64,000 bases of DNA from Labilithrix sp. GTDB lineage: Bacteria > Myxococcota_A > Polyangia > Polyangiales > Polyangiaceae. The position numbers were made by a program, and so were the translations under genes. Position 1 is the first letter of the stretch; the number at the start of each line of letters is the position of its first letter. The DNA lies in contig JBDHVD010000003.1 of assembly GCA_039809525.1 (NCBI GenBank), positions 6 through 64,005 of the forward strand, in the 5' to 3' direction. Positions 39,650 to 48,232 of the stretch are shown here, piece by piece. The notes under the pieces were generated by a model. That model had not been told where the DNA came from. It searched no databases and was given only the letters and a program-made list of their open reading frames with translations.

Positions 39650-40429
39650 ATGTGCGAGCTCCTCGGAATGGAGTGCAACGTCCCGACGGACATCGTCTTC
39701 TCCTTCTCGGGTCTCGCTCTGCGCGGCGGAGCGCGCGGGCCCCACGCCGATGGCTGGGGGCTCGCGCTCTACGAGGGCCGCGCGGTGCGGACGTTCCTCG
39801 AGCCGGCGGCGGCCGCGAAGTCGCCGCTCGCGAAGTACATCCGCGAGAACCCGATCAAGACGCTGCTCGCGATCGCGCACGTGCGGAAGCGCACCCGCGG
39901 GCCGGTGAACCTGGCGAACACCCACCCGTTCGTCCGCGAGCTTTGGGGCCGTCACTTCACGTTCGCGCACAACGGCACGGTCCGCGCGGTGAAGCGTCAT
40001 CCCACCGGGCGGTTCCGTCCCATCGGTACGACCGACAGCGAGCACGCGTTCTGCGCGATGATGCACCGGCTCGAGCGCGCCTTCCCCAAGGGCTACCCCG
40101 ACTCCGCGGACCTCGCGCGCGCGGTGGCGCGGGCCGGCCGGGACATCGGCGCCCAGGGCACGTTCAACTTCCTCCTCGGAGACGGCTCGCAGCTGTTCGC
40201 CCGGTGCGCGACGAAGCTCTGCTTCATCGTCCGGAAGGCGCCCTTCAAGACGGCGACGCTGTCCGATGACGACCTCTCGGTCGACTTCTCGGCCGTCACC
40301 ACGCCCCGGGACCGCGTGGCGGTGATCGCCACGGCGCCGCTCACCCGCGACGAGGCGTGGACGATGGGCCGTCCCGGAGAGATGTGGGTCTTCCGTCGAG
40401 GCAAGCTCCAGGCGACGCTCGCATCGTGA
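39650..40429 (+). CDS. Class II glutamine amidotransferase (YafJ-like)
   Basis: N-terminal MCELLGM (Cys2 nucleophile), HADGWG, NTHPF, FAHNG, GTTDSE. Confidence 0.92.
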   Translation: MCELLGMECNVPTDIVFSFSGLALRGGARGPHADGWGLALYEGRAVRTFLEPAAAAKSPLAKYIRENPIKTLLAIAHVRKRTRGPVNLANTHPFVRELWGRHFTFAHNGTVRAVKRHPTGRFRPIGTTDSEHAFCAMMHRLERAFPKGYPDSADLARAVARAGRDIGAQGTFNFLLGDGSQLFARCATKLCFIVRKAPFKTATLSDDDLSVDFSAVTTPRDRVAVIATAPLTRDEAWTMGRPGEMWVFRRGKLQATLAS

Positions 40430-40446
40430 CCGCGTCGTAAACTACA

Positions 40447-41298
40447 ATGGCCGGTACTCTCGTGAGCAAGGTCGCCGCCGAGCCTCGCCGTACCACCGTC
40501 GCGATCCGTCGCGTCCTCGACCATCGCCAGCTGAAGGTGGTGTTCCAGCCGATCGTCGACCTGCGGTCGAAGAAGATCTTCGCGTACGAGGCGCTCGTCC
40601 GCTCGCAGTCGGAAGACTTCGACAGCCCCATGAGCCTGTTCGCGGCTGCCGTGCAGCACTCGTGCAGCGGCGAGCTCGGACGGATCATCCGCCAGCTCGC
40701 GGTGCAGGGCTGCCCCGCGCATCCGCTCTTCCTCAACATCCACCCCGCGGAGCTCAACGAGAAGTGGGTCGTCCAGCCCGACGATCCGATCTTCCAGCAC
40801 TCCGAGGACGTCTACCTCGAGATCACCGAAGGCGTGCCGCTCTCGCACTTCCGTCTCTGCCAGAGCATCCTGCGCGAGGTCCGCGGCCGCGGCGTCTACC
40901 TCGTCGTCGACGACCTCGGCGCGGGCTACTCGAACCTGCGCTACATCGCCGACCTGCACCCGCGCGTCGTGAAGCTCGATCGCGATCTCATCGCGGGTCT
41001 GGTGAAGGACACGCGCATGTTCAAGCTCGTGTCCGCCATCGTGGTGCTCTGCCGGGAGCTCGATGCGATGGTCGTCGCCGAGGGCATCGAGACCGCCGAC
41101 GAGCTCGACGCGGTGCAGGCCGCCGGCGCTCGCTTCGGTCAGGGATACCTGCTCGCGAGGCCCGCGTTCCCGCCGCCGCAGATCACCTGGCCGTCGGCGA
41201 CGACGAACGCGGGCAAGAAGGCGGAGAAGGTCACCATCCGGCAGGCCGACGGCAAGCAGGCCTCGGTGCCGCCGCCCACGAAGCGCGGCGGTCGCTGA
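40447..41298 (+). CDS. Stand-alone EAL domain c-di-GMP phosphodiesterase
   Basis: FQPI, YEALVR, EITE, DDLGAGYS, VKLD, AEGIE, QGY. Confidence 0.92.
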   Translation: MAGTLVSKVAAEPRRTTVAIRRVLDHRQLKVVFQPIVDLRSKKIFAYEALVRSQSEDFDSPMSLFAAAVQHSCSGELGRIIRQLAVQGCPAHPLFLNIHPAELNEKWVVQPDDPIFQHSEDVYLEITEGVPLSHFRLCQSILREVRGRGVYLVVDDLGAGYSNLRYIADLHPRVVKLDRDLIAGLVKDTRMFKLVSAIVVLCRELDAMVVAEGIETADELDAVQAAGARFGQGYLLARPAFPPPQITWPSATTNAGKKAEKVTIRQADGKQASVPPPTKRGGR

Positions 41299-41427
41299 CG
41301 GCGATCTGGATCGCGCCCGCACGCACCGCGGCGCCGCGCGCCCCCAGGGGCCGCGCGATTTCCTCCGGACATGCGGGGATGATCCGCCCGGCGAACGGCC
41401 GGGCACGCGCTTGCACTCGGGGCGGGC

Positions 41428-43110
41428 ATGCGTCTCCTGTCCGCCTCCGTGATCGCCGCCTTGCTCGCGGGTTGTTCGTCGGCCGACGAGCCCGCCGCCC
41501 CTGCGCGGAGCGCGCCGGCCGCGGCCGAGGAGCCCCCTGCGTCCGCGGACGACGGGACCGCGCCGCGCTTCGTGCCGAGCGCTTGCCGCTTCGTCGTGCC
41601 GAAGAGCGCCGACGGGAGCGCCGTTCGCTGCGGCGACGTCCTGGTGCCCGAGAACCGCGCGAAGAAGGACACGCGCACGATCAAGGTCCACGTCGCGATC
41701 TTCCCCGGGAAGAAGGACCTCCCGCCGGTGTTCGAGCTGCAGGGCGGCCCCGGCGGCGGGAGCGATCCCATGGTGGGCTACCTCGCGGCCGGCGACCCGC
41801 GCGCGCTCGAGGAGACCGCGTTCCTGCGCGAGCGCGGCGACTACGTCGTCTTCGATCAGCGCGGCGTCGGGCGGTCGGAGCCGAACCTGTCGTGCGCCGA
41901 GGAGATGCTCTCGGCGTCGGCGACCTCGAGCTTCTTCGGCCTCATGAAGAAATGCCGCGACCGTCACCTCGCCGCGGGCGTCGACCTCTCCGCCTACACC
42001 ACGTACGACAACGCGCTCGACGTCGACGACATCCGCGTCGCGCTCGGCTACGCGAAGATCGATCTCCACGCCATCTCCTACGGGACGCTCCTCGCGCTCG
42101 AGGTGATGCGCCAGCGCCCGCAGGGGATCCGCACGGTGGTCATCGACGGCGTGCTGCCGCCCGAGGCGAAGCTGCTCAGCGACACGCCGCGCACCATCGA
42201 CGAGAACCTCACGCGCATCTTCACGGCGTGCGGAGCAGAGGACGCGTGCAAGACGGCGTTCCCCGATCTCGAGGCCTCGCTCGTCGCGCTGAAGAAGTCG
42301 CTCGACGAGAAGCCGTTCGACTCGCAGGCGATGGGACCGTTCGACTGGTACCAGTTCGTCGGCCTCCTCGGCGAGGCGATGTACGCGCCCGAGGGCGTGC
42401 GCCGCATCCCCCTCTGGGTGCACGACTTCGCCGCGCGCGGTCAGGCGGCCTTCGACGACTTCGAGGAGTCGGAGGCGCAGCCTCCCGAGCGGATGGACGG
42501 CGAGCGCAACGGCGCGCTCGCGGAGATGGATCGGGCGCTCGACGCGCTCGCGATGGACCCGCTCGGCTCGCAGAAGTACCTCGGGATGAACGAGGGCATG
42601 TACACCTCGGTCACCTGCAGCGACTCGGGCCAGTACGAGACCTACGACGAGGGCGTCGCGAACAACGCGAAGGTCCGCCCGGGGTTCTTCGATCCCGAAG
42701 GCCTGAAGGAGGAGCTCGCGATCTGCGCGATGTGGCCGAAGGGCGAGAAGCGCGCCACCACCAAGCAGGCGGTGGTCTCGGACATCCCCACGCTCTCGCT
42801 CGGCGGCGAGTTCGACCCGGTGACGCCGTCGTCCTGGGCGGAGCACGTGACCGAGACGCTCTCGAGGAGCACCTTCCTGCTCATGCGCGGCCTCGCCCAT
42901 GGATCGATGGACCCGTGCAGCCGGGGCATCAAGGGCGCGTTCTACGCCGACCCCTCCGCCAAGCCGGACGCGTCGTGCAACGAGGCGCGCACGCTGACGT
43001 TCGCCACGTCGTGGCAAGAGGGCCGGGCGTTCCGCTCGGTGAAACCGCGGACGCGTCCGGTCCCGCGTCCGGTGGCCAGGCCGAACGTGCTGACGCGCCC
43101 GGTCCGCTGA
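41428..43110 (+). CDS. TAP-like alpha/beta hydrolase (peptidase S33) lipoprotein
   Basis: LLAGC lipobox; GGPGG, DQRGVG, ISYGT, FDPVTP, AHG. Confidence 0.88.
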   Translation: MRLLSASVIAALLAGCSSADEPAAPARSAPAAAEEPPASADDGTAPRFVPSACRFVVPKSADGSAVRCGDVLVPENRAKKDTRTIKVHVAIFPGKKDLPPVFELQGGPGGGSDPMVGYLAAGDPRALEETAFLRERGDYVVFDQRGVGRSEPNLSCAEEMLSASATSSFFGLMKKCRDRHLAAGVDLSAYTTYDNALDVDDIRVALGYAKIDLHAISYGTLLALEVMRQRPQGIRTVVIDGVLPPEAKLLSDTPRTIDENLTRIFTACGAEDACKTAFPDLEASLVALKKSLDEKPFDSQAMGPFDWYQFVGLLGEAMYAPEGVRRIPLWVHDFAARGQAAFDDFEESEAQPPERMDGERNGALAEMDRALDALAMDPLGSQKYLGMNEGMYTSVTCSDSGQYETYDEGVANNAKVRPGFFDPEGLKEELAICAMWPKGEKRATTKQAVVSDIPTLSLGGEFDPVTPSSWAEHVTETLSRSTFLLMRGLAHGSMDPCSRGIKGAFYADPSAKPDASCNEARTLTFATSWQEGRAFRSVKPRTRPVPRPVARPNVLTRPVR

Positions 43111-44019
43111 TCAGAGGCCGTGCAGGCAGACGCGGTTGCGTCCGCTGCGCTTGGCCTCGTAGAGCGAGCCGTCCGCGGCGCTGACGAGCTCCTGCACGGT
43201 CTCCACGTTCGCCTCGGGCAGCGCGGCCACGCCGACGCTGATGGTCACGGGGAGGCGCGTTCCCTGGTAGTCGAACGTCTCGCCCTCGACGCGCTGCCGG
43301 AGTCGCTCTCCGAGCACGCCCGCGTTCAAGAGGGGGATCCCCCGGCAGATGACCGCGAACTCCTCGCCGCCGTAGCGCGCGAGGACGTCCTCGGTACGGA
43401 TCGTCGCTTGCGTGATGCGTGCGAGATGCACGAGCACGGCGTCGCCCGCGAGATGCCCGTAGCCGTCGTTCACCCGCTTGAAGTGGTCGACGTCGAACAT
43501 CACCAAAGACAGCATCGAGCGGTGCCGCTTGGCGTACGCGAACTCGGTGTCGAGGCGGTCGACGAAGAACTTCTTGTTGTACGCGCGGGTCAAGCCGTCC
43601 CGGAGCGCCGCGTCGTACATCTGCTGCTGGAAGGTCTCGTCCAGTTTGTCCTGGTACGTGAACTTCAGCATCGTGTTCGCGCCGAGGCGGACCTTGTCGC
43701 CCTCCTTGAGCGCGTAATGCTGGATCATCTCGCCGTTGACCAGCGTGCCGTTCGCGCTGCCGAGGTCCTCGATGATGACCTGTCCGCCGATCTGGAGGAC
43801 GCGGCAGTGGCGGCGCGAGATCCCGTCGTCGTTCAGCCGGACCTGGACGTTCATCGCGCGGCCGATCACCACCTCCGGCCCTTCGATCTTGTGCATCTCG
43901 CCGACGTTCGTGCCCTGGAGCACGACGAGGTACGCGGCGACCTGCTGCTTGCGCGCGCGGAGCTCCGATTCGAGCGCGGACAGGCTCGTGATGCGCGTCG
44001 CTTCCCCTTCCTCGGCCAT
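43111..44019 (-). CDS. FHA-GGDEF diguanylate cyclase
   Basis: IGR...ISRRH...DLGSANGT (FHA); DGLT, DVDHFK, ARYGGEEF. Confidence 0.95.
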   Translation of the reverse strand: MAEEGEATRITSLSALESELRARKQQVAAYLVVLQGTNVGEMHKIEGPEVVIGRAMNVQVRLNDDGISRRHCRVLQIGGQVIIEDLGSANGTLVNGEMIQHYALKEGDKVRLGANTMLKFTYQDKLDETFQQQMYDAALRDGLTRAYNKKFFVDRLDTEFAYAKRHRSMLSLVMFDVDHFKRVNDGYGHLAGDAVLVHLARITQATIRTEDVLARYGGEEFAVICRGIPLLNAGVLGERLRQRVEGETFDYQGTRLPVTISVGVAALPEANVETVQELVSAADGSLYEAKRSGRNRVCLHGL

Positions 44020-44167
44020 CAGGCTCGGCCGAACTTTGTACGGGGGATCACTCGCCATCGCACTTAGGGTGCCGGCCTTTCAGAGGCGGGTCAAGGCCGC
44101 GCCTCGGTCGCGCCGGCCCGATCTTGTCCAAGGTTGTCGCGAGGGTCTGCCGCCATCTCTCGACCGG

Positions 44168-45130
44168 CTATCGGGGCTCGGTCCGGGCCCCGCGCTCGGC
44201 CTCGCTCACCGGGGCCCCCGCCTCGCTCCACCCGCCCAGGACGAGGTCGGGATGTCGGGAGAGGAACGCAGCCACCCCGGCGGGGAGCTCGGCATGCGGG
44301 GCGAAGAGGGCCGGAGGCGCCGTCCGGATGCGCACCGAACGGGTATAGGAGCTCCAGGCGCCGTCGCTGCAGGCGTAACAGGTGTCGATCGTGAGCTGCG
44401 CCTCGAAGGCGAGGCGGTGGCCCTCGACGACCGGGACCACCTCGGTGATGGCCGGGGGGCCGTCGCCGAAAGGGCCGCCGAGCTCCTTCTCGTCGACCGC
44501 GAAGCGCTTGGCGGCCTCGGCGCGCAGCTCGGCCGGTCGCGGGACGGCCGCGACGACGTCGACGGGCCGCCCGTGCTCGACATCCCACACGAGGAACGAC
44601 ATCCCGGTCGAGCCATGGGCCCCGCACGCGTACGTGTACTGGGACTCCTCGAGGAAGAGGTAGGGCCCGAGCGAGGCCACGGGCGTCACGTCGTGCCGGA
44701 GCTCGTTCGCGCAGTGCTCGTCGCATCCGAGCGGGGGGTCGACGACGACCTGCTCCTTCTGACCGGGGCCGACGAGCAGGGCCCGCGTCGCCGTCCCGGC
44801 CTGGGCGGGCTGCCTCGATCCCAGCGACAGGTCGCAGGGCTCCGTCTCGACGTCGAGCGTCTGCGTCACCCACGTCCACGCTCCGTTCCGGGCGGCGAGG
44901 TGGATGCCCTCGAGCCGCGTCTCGGACGTCCCGTCCGGCTGTACCCGATACGTCCAGGCCGCGCCCTGCCGATCGCGCGCCCAGACCAGCGTGGTCGGCG
45001 CATGCGTCTTCGGCTCGGCGTCGCGGCCGACCCGCGCCACCGTCACCGTGCGCGGGGGTTGCCGGCTCGTCGACTCGACGCAGCCTCCGACGACGGTCAG
45101 TCCGACGAGGACGACGCAACCGAAGCGCAT
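44168..45130 (-). CDS. Hypothetical lipoprotein (PdaC/DUF3298-like YACGAHG motif)
   Basis: VVGGC lipobox; YTYACGAHG; several Cys. Confidence 0.6.
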   Translation of the reverse strand: MRFGCVVLVGLTVVGGCVESTSRQPPRTVTVARVGRDAEPKTHAPTTLVWARDRQGAAWTYRVQPDGTSETRLEGIHLAARNGAWTWVTQTLDVETEPCDLSLGSRQPAQAGTATRALLVGPGQKEQVVVDPPLGCDEHCANELRHDVTPVASLGPYLFLEESQYTYACGAHGSTGMSFLVWDVEHGRPVDVVAAVPRPAELRAEAAKRFAVDEKELGGPFGDGPPAITEVVPVVEGHRLAFEAQLTIDTCYACSDGAWSSYTRSVRIRTAPPALFAPHAELPAGVAAFLSRHPDLVLGGWSEAGAPVSEAERGARTEPR

Positions 45131-45272
45131 GCCCCCACGTACAGCATTCCATGTGCCGCTGCCTACATCCCGTCGAGCATCGCTCACCGCTTTCGTCGAC
45201 CCACCGTCGCCCGTGGGCGAGAAGCCGCGGCCGTGGCTGCTCGACCGCGATGTGACAGACTCTGGGGTGGTC

Positions 45273-45959
45273 ATGCGCACGCTCCGGCTCCTCTCCCTGG
45301 CCTCGCTGCTGCTCGCCGCCTGCACCTCGTCGTCGACGTCCGGGGACGGCACCGGCTCCCCTGCATCCGGCGGACCGTCGACCGACGAGCCGGCGCCTCC
45401 CAGGACGGGACCGGCCGACGATCCCGAGGAGGTCGATCCGGCGTTCGACCCGAACGCTCCGCCTTGCACCGGAGCGCCGGGAGAGCTCTACGCGCTGTCC
45501 GCGCGTGCGCTCGGCGCGACCGAGAGCGTCCCGCTCTGCCGGTTCGCGGGCTCGGTCCTGCTCGTGGTGAACGTCGCCTCGCACTGCGGTTACACCCCCC
45601 AATACGCCCCGCTCCAGGCGCTCTACGACGAGTACAAGGCGCAGAAGTTCTACGTCCTCGGCTTCCCGTCGAACTCGTTCAATCAGGAGAGCGCCGACGA
45701 GAAGGAGATCAGCACGTTCTGCACGAACGAGTACAAGATCACCTTCCCGATGTTCGCCATCGGCAACGTGAACCCGCCCGAGGAGCAGCCCGTCTACACG
45801 TGGCTGAAGTCGCAGCCCGGACAGGCCACGGATGTCGCATGGAACTTCGAGAAGTTCCTGATCTCGCGCAAGGGGCAGGTCGTGACGCGCTTCCTCACGG
45901 CCGTCGAGCCGGACTCCGGCGAGATGGCGAGCGCGATCGAGGCCGAGCTCGCGAAGTGA
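45273..45959 (+). CDS. Glutathione peroxidase family lipoprotein
   Basis: LLAAC lipobox; VNVASHCGYTPQY, LGFPSNSFNQE, WNFEKF. Confidence 0.92.
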   Translation: MRTLRLLSLASLLLAACTSSSTSGDGTGSPASGGPSTDEPAPPRTGPADDPEEVDPAFDPNAPPCTGAPGELYALSARALGATESVPLCRFAGSVLLVVNVASHCGYTPQYAPLQALYDEYKAQKFYVLGFPSNSFNQESADEKEISTFCTNEYKITFPMFAIGNVNPPEEQPVYTWLKSQPGQATDVAWNFEKFLISRKGQVVTRFLTAVEPDSGEMASAIEAELAK

Positions 45960-45971
45960 CCGGCGCGGCCG

Positions 45972-46559
45972 TTACCCCGCGGTAACGGCCACCCCGGAGA
46001 GCGACACCATCGCGTCGCGCGTCTCGCCCTTCGCGACGAAGTCCTGGACCGTGCGCGCGAGCGTCGCGGCGACGAGCGCGACGAGCGGCAGGTGCTCGCC
46101 GCCCTCGCACGTCGCCTGACCGGGCGCGTCCTCGTCGTCGGCGGCGAAGCGCTCCTCCCAGCGCACGAGGCCGAACGTGCCGTCCGCGGAGACCGCGGCA
46201 TGCACGAGCGGCTTGCGCGCCGAGCGTGCCCACGCCGAGAGGAGGCGGCGGCTCTTCGCGTTGTCGAACGCATCGACGACGAGATCGGCCGACCCGCACA
46301 GCGTCGCGACGTTGTCCTCGCCGACGCGCACGCCGAACGCCTCGGCCTTCACGCCCCAGAAGTTCGCGAGCTGGAGCTTCAGCGCCTCGGCCTTGTTCTT
46401 CCCGACCGAGGGCTTCACGAACGCCTGCGACAGACAGTTCTTCGACTCGACGCGATCGAAGTCGACGAGCACCAGCTGCGCCTCGAGGTTGCGGCAGAGG
46501 ACGACGGCATGGGAGCCGAGCGCGCCCACTCCGCAGAAGACGATTCGCTTTCCGTTCAT
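45972..46559 (-). CDS. Minimal ThiF/E1-like ubiquitin-like-protein activating enzyme
   Basis: GVGALGS nucleotide loop, DFDRVESKN, VGKNKAEAL, VDAFDN; crossover-loop Cys in ATCEG; strong RBS. Confidence 0.9.
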   Translation of the reverse strand: MNGKRIVFCGVGALGSHAVVLCRNLEAQLVLVDFDRVESKNCLSQAFVKPSVGKNKAEALKLQLANFWGVKAEAFGVRVGEDNVATLCGSADLVVDAFDNAKSRRLLSAWARSARKPLVHAAVSADGTFGLVRWEERFAADDEDAPGQATCEGGEHLPLVALVAATLARTVQDFVAKGETRDAMVSLSGVAVTAG

Positions 46560-46580
46560 GGGCGTGCTCCTTCTCCTCGT

Positions 46581-46826
46581 TCACGATCCGAAGGGGACCT
46601 TCGGACGCAGGTAGATCCGGCTTCCGCCCTGCGGCGTGTGGAAGCGGTCGACCACGTAGTCGTCGAACGCGCGATCGGACAGGTTCGCGACCTGGAGGCC
46701 GCGCACACCGCCGGAGCGCACGACCTCGATCGCGATCCGCCGGACGTCGCCGTCCGTCAGGTTCACGTCGACGTCGAGCGGATAGTCGGCGGACAGACCG
46801 TCGTAGGTGATGTTGAGAACAGCCAT
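46581..46826 (-). CDS. Ubiquitin-like (beta-grasp) small protein, 81 aa, C-terminus RPKVPFG-S
   Basis: beta-beta-alpha-beta-beta pattern; penultimate Gly; lies between JAB and E1 genes; AAGGAG RBS. Confidence 0.75.
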   Translation of the reverse strand: MAVLNITYDGLSADYPLDVDVNLTDGDVRRIAIEVVRSGGVRGLQVANLSDRAFDDYVVDRFHTPQGGSRIYLRPKVPFGS

Positions 46827-46828
46827 GT

Positions 46829-47188
46829 TCACGTCTCCTTCTTCTCCATGCCGGACGCGAGGCGCAGGACGTTCGCCCACCACGGCTCGCGTTCGACGAT
46901 GACGTCGTTTCCTTCTTGTTCGCGACGGGTCATTCCGGTCGGCGCGATGACCGAGAAGACGACCTTCCGCCCGAGCCCGCTCGCGAGCGCGGTCATGGTC
47001 GTCTCGTCGGTCATCGAGAAGCCGAGCGGCCCCATCGGGTGAGAGTGGGCGATCTCGACGATGCGCCGGCGGCGCTTCCAGATCGCCACCCATCGCGTCC
47101 GCGAGTCCGGCAAGAGCACCGGGCTCGTGGACGCGTCGGACCACAGGACGACGTCCTGCTCTCCGAGGATGAAGAAGACCTCGCGCAT
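46829..47188 (-). CDS. JAB/MPN+ (JAMM) metallopeptidase, 119 aa
   Basis: N-terminal Glu (MRE) and exact HxH-x7-S-x2-D motif HSHPMGPLGFSMTD. Confidence 0.85.
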   Translation of the reverse strand: MREVFFILGEQDVVLWSDASTSPVLLPDSRTRWVAIWKRRRRIVEIAHSHPMGPLGFSMTDETTMTALASGLGRKVVFSVIAPTGMTRREQEGNDVIVEREPWWANVLRLASGMEKKET

Positions 47189-47190
47189 CG

Positions 47191-48015
47191 TCAGTCGATC
47201 CAGGTTCCTCCGAGGACCGACCGGTTCTGATCGACCTCGAGGTTCTTGTGGACCCGGTGCCAGAAGCGGAGCCGGATCGTCTTGTGGTCGGGGTGACGGA
47301 CCGCGCCGCGCACGAACACGGAGCCGCGCACGACGACGAGCTCGTCGACCATGTGCGGCTTGCCCGCGCGCGGGATGACCGCGTTGATGCTCGTGCCCTT
47401 GCGCACGAGGGTGAGGCTGCCGCGAAGCGCCTGCTCGAGGTCCTCCGTCTCCGCCTTCGACGGGACGACGAAGAACCACTCGCCCTGACGGATCGCCTTG
47501 TCGCCCCTCGGCACGAGCGCGGGGCGCAGCGCCTCGTGCGCCTGCTTCACCGTCGAGACCGGACGCGGCAGCTCGCACATGAAGAGCTGGCGCTCGTCGC
47601 AGCCGACGAGCAGGTGACGACCGGCCGGCGACGTCGTGCGCCGCACGAACGCCTCGCCGCCGCGCACCTCGACGAGGTCGAGGCGCACGTTCAGGAGGCC
47701 GGCGAGCCGCGCGCGCCACGAAGGCGATCCGAGCGTGCCGAACGACTGGTGGACGTGACGCGGCACGTGCTCGGTGAACGAGCGGCGCGCCTCGCGCACG
47801 AACAGCACGAGCTGGCGCTCGCGCGGATCGACGCCCTGCACGGTGACGACGTTGTCCTCCTTGCCCATCCAGGCGAGGAAGTGCTCGCTGCGCACGTCGT
47901 GCGGACGCGTGCGGCGGATGTCCATCTGGAAGATGTCCGAGTTGCCGGTGAACGGCGCATCCGCGAGACGCAGGTCGAGACCCGCGCGCGCGAAGCGCCC
48001 GATGAGGTCGTGCAT
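47191..48015 (-). CDS. Uncharacterised 274-aa operon protein (RQGEWFF motif)
   Basis: 2-nt gap to the JAB gene; motifs LVGCDERQLF, RQGEWFFVV, GKPH, VRHPDH. Confidence 0.75.
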   Translation of the reverse strand: MHDLIGRFARAGLDLRLADAPFTGNSDIFQMDIRRTRPHDVRSEHFLAWMGKEDNVVTVQGVDPRERQLVLFVREARRSFTEHVPRHVHQSFGTLGSPSWRARLAGLLNVRLDLVEVRGGEAFVRRTTSPAGRHLLVGCDERQLFMCELPRPVSTVKQAHEALRPALVPRGDKAIRQGEWFFVVPSKAETEDLEQALRGSLTLVRKGTSINAVIPRAGKPHMVDELVVVRGSVFVRGAVRHPDHKTIRLRFWHRVHKNLEVDQNRSVLGGTWID

Positions 48016-48217
48016 GGTGAGCCAGTGGTCGAAGTCGTGGTCGGTGGTCACGAGGGAGCGTGCAAATCGCTCGCGAAGCGAGCGGCGCCGCAGGCGTGCA
48101 CGCGGGCAGGTGAGAAAGGAGCTGGGGGAGGCTCGCGAGCGGAGCGAGCGAGGGGGACCGCAGGTCCCCACCAGACAAGCAGGTCGAGACCCGCGCGCGC
48201 GAAGCGCCCGATGAGGT
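47970..48217. repeat. 39-bp direct repeat (47970-48008 and 48179-48217) flanking a palindrome-rich insert
   Basis: GCAGGTCGAGACCCGCGCGCGCGAAGCGCCCGATGAGGT occurs twice; hairpins CGCTCGC-gaa-GCGAGCG and GGGGACC-gca-GGTCCCC lie between the copies. Confidence 0.9.
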
Positions 48218-48224
48218 GGTTCAT
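48048..48224 (-). pseudogene. Abortive duplicate 5' end (MNHLIGRFARAGLDL...) of the 47191-48015 gene, 58 codons
   Basis: First 15 codons nearly identical to the downstream gene start (MHDLIGRFARAGLDL), then runs into palindromic DNA and stops. Confidence 0.6.
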
Positions 48225-48232
48225 GATGATTC

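Noticed and set aside
40447-44019. EAL and GGDEF genes as a dedicated c-di-GMP module
   Set aside because: Opposite strands, separated by an unrelated hydrolase; no evidence of linkage
45972-47188. Ordinary ThiS/MoaD/CysO sulfur-carrier module
   Set aside because: No GG terminus, no rhodanese, cysteine synthase, MoaE or ThiG nearby, and an E2-like gene is present; disfavoured rather than excluded
47970-48217. CRISPR-like repeat-spacer or IS element
   Set aside because: Only two copies 170 nt apart, coding-derived; no cas or transposase genes
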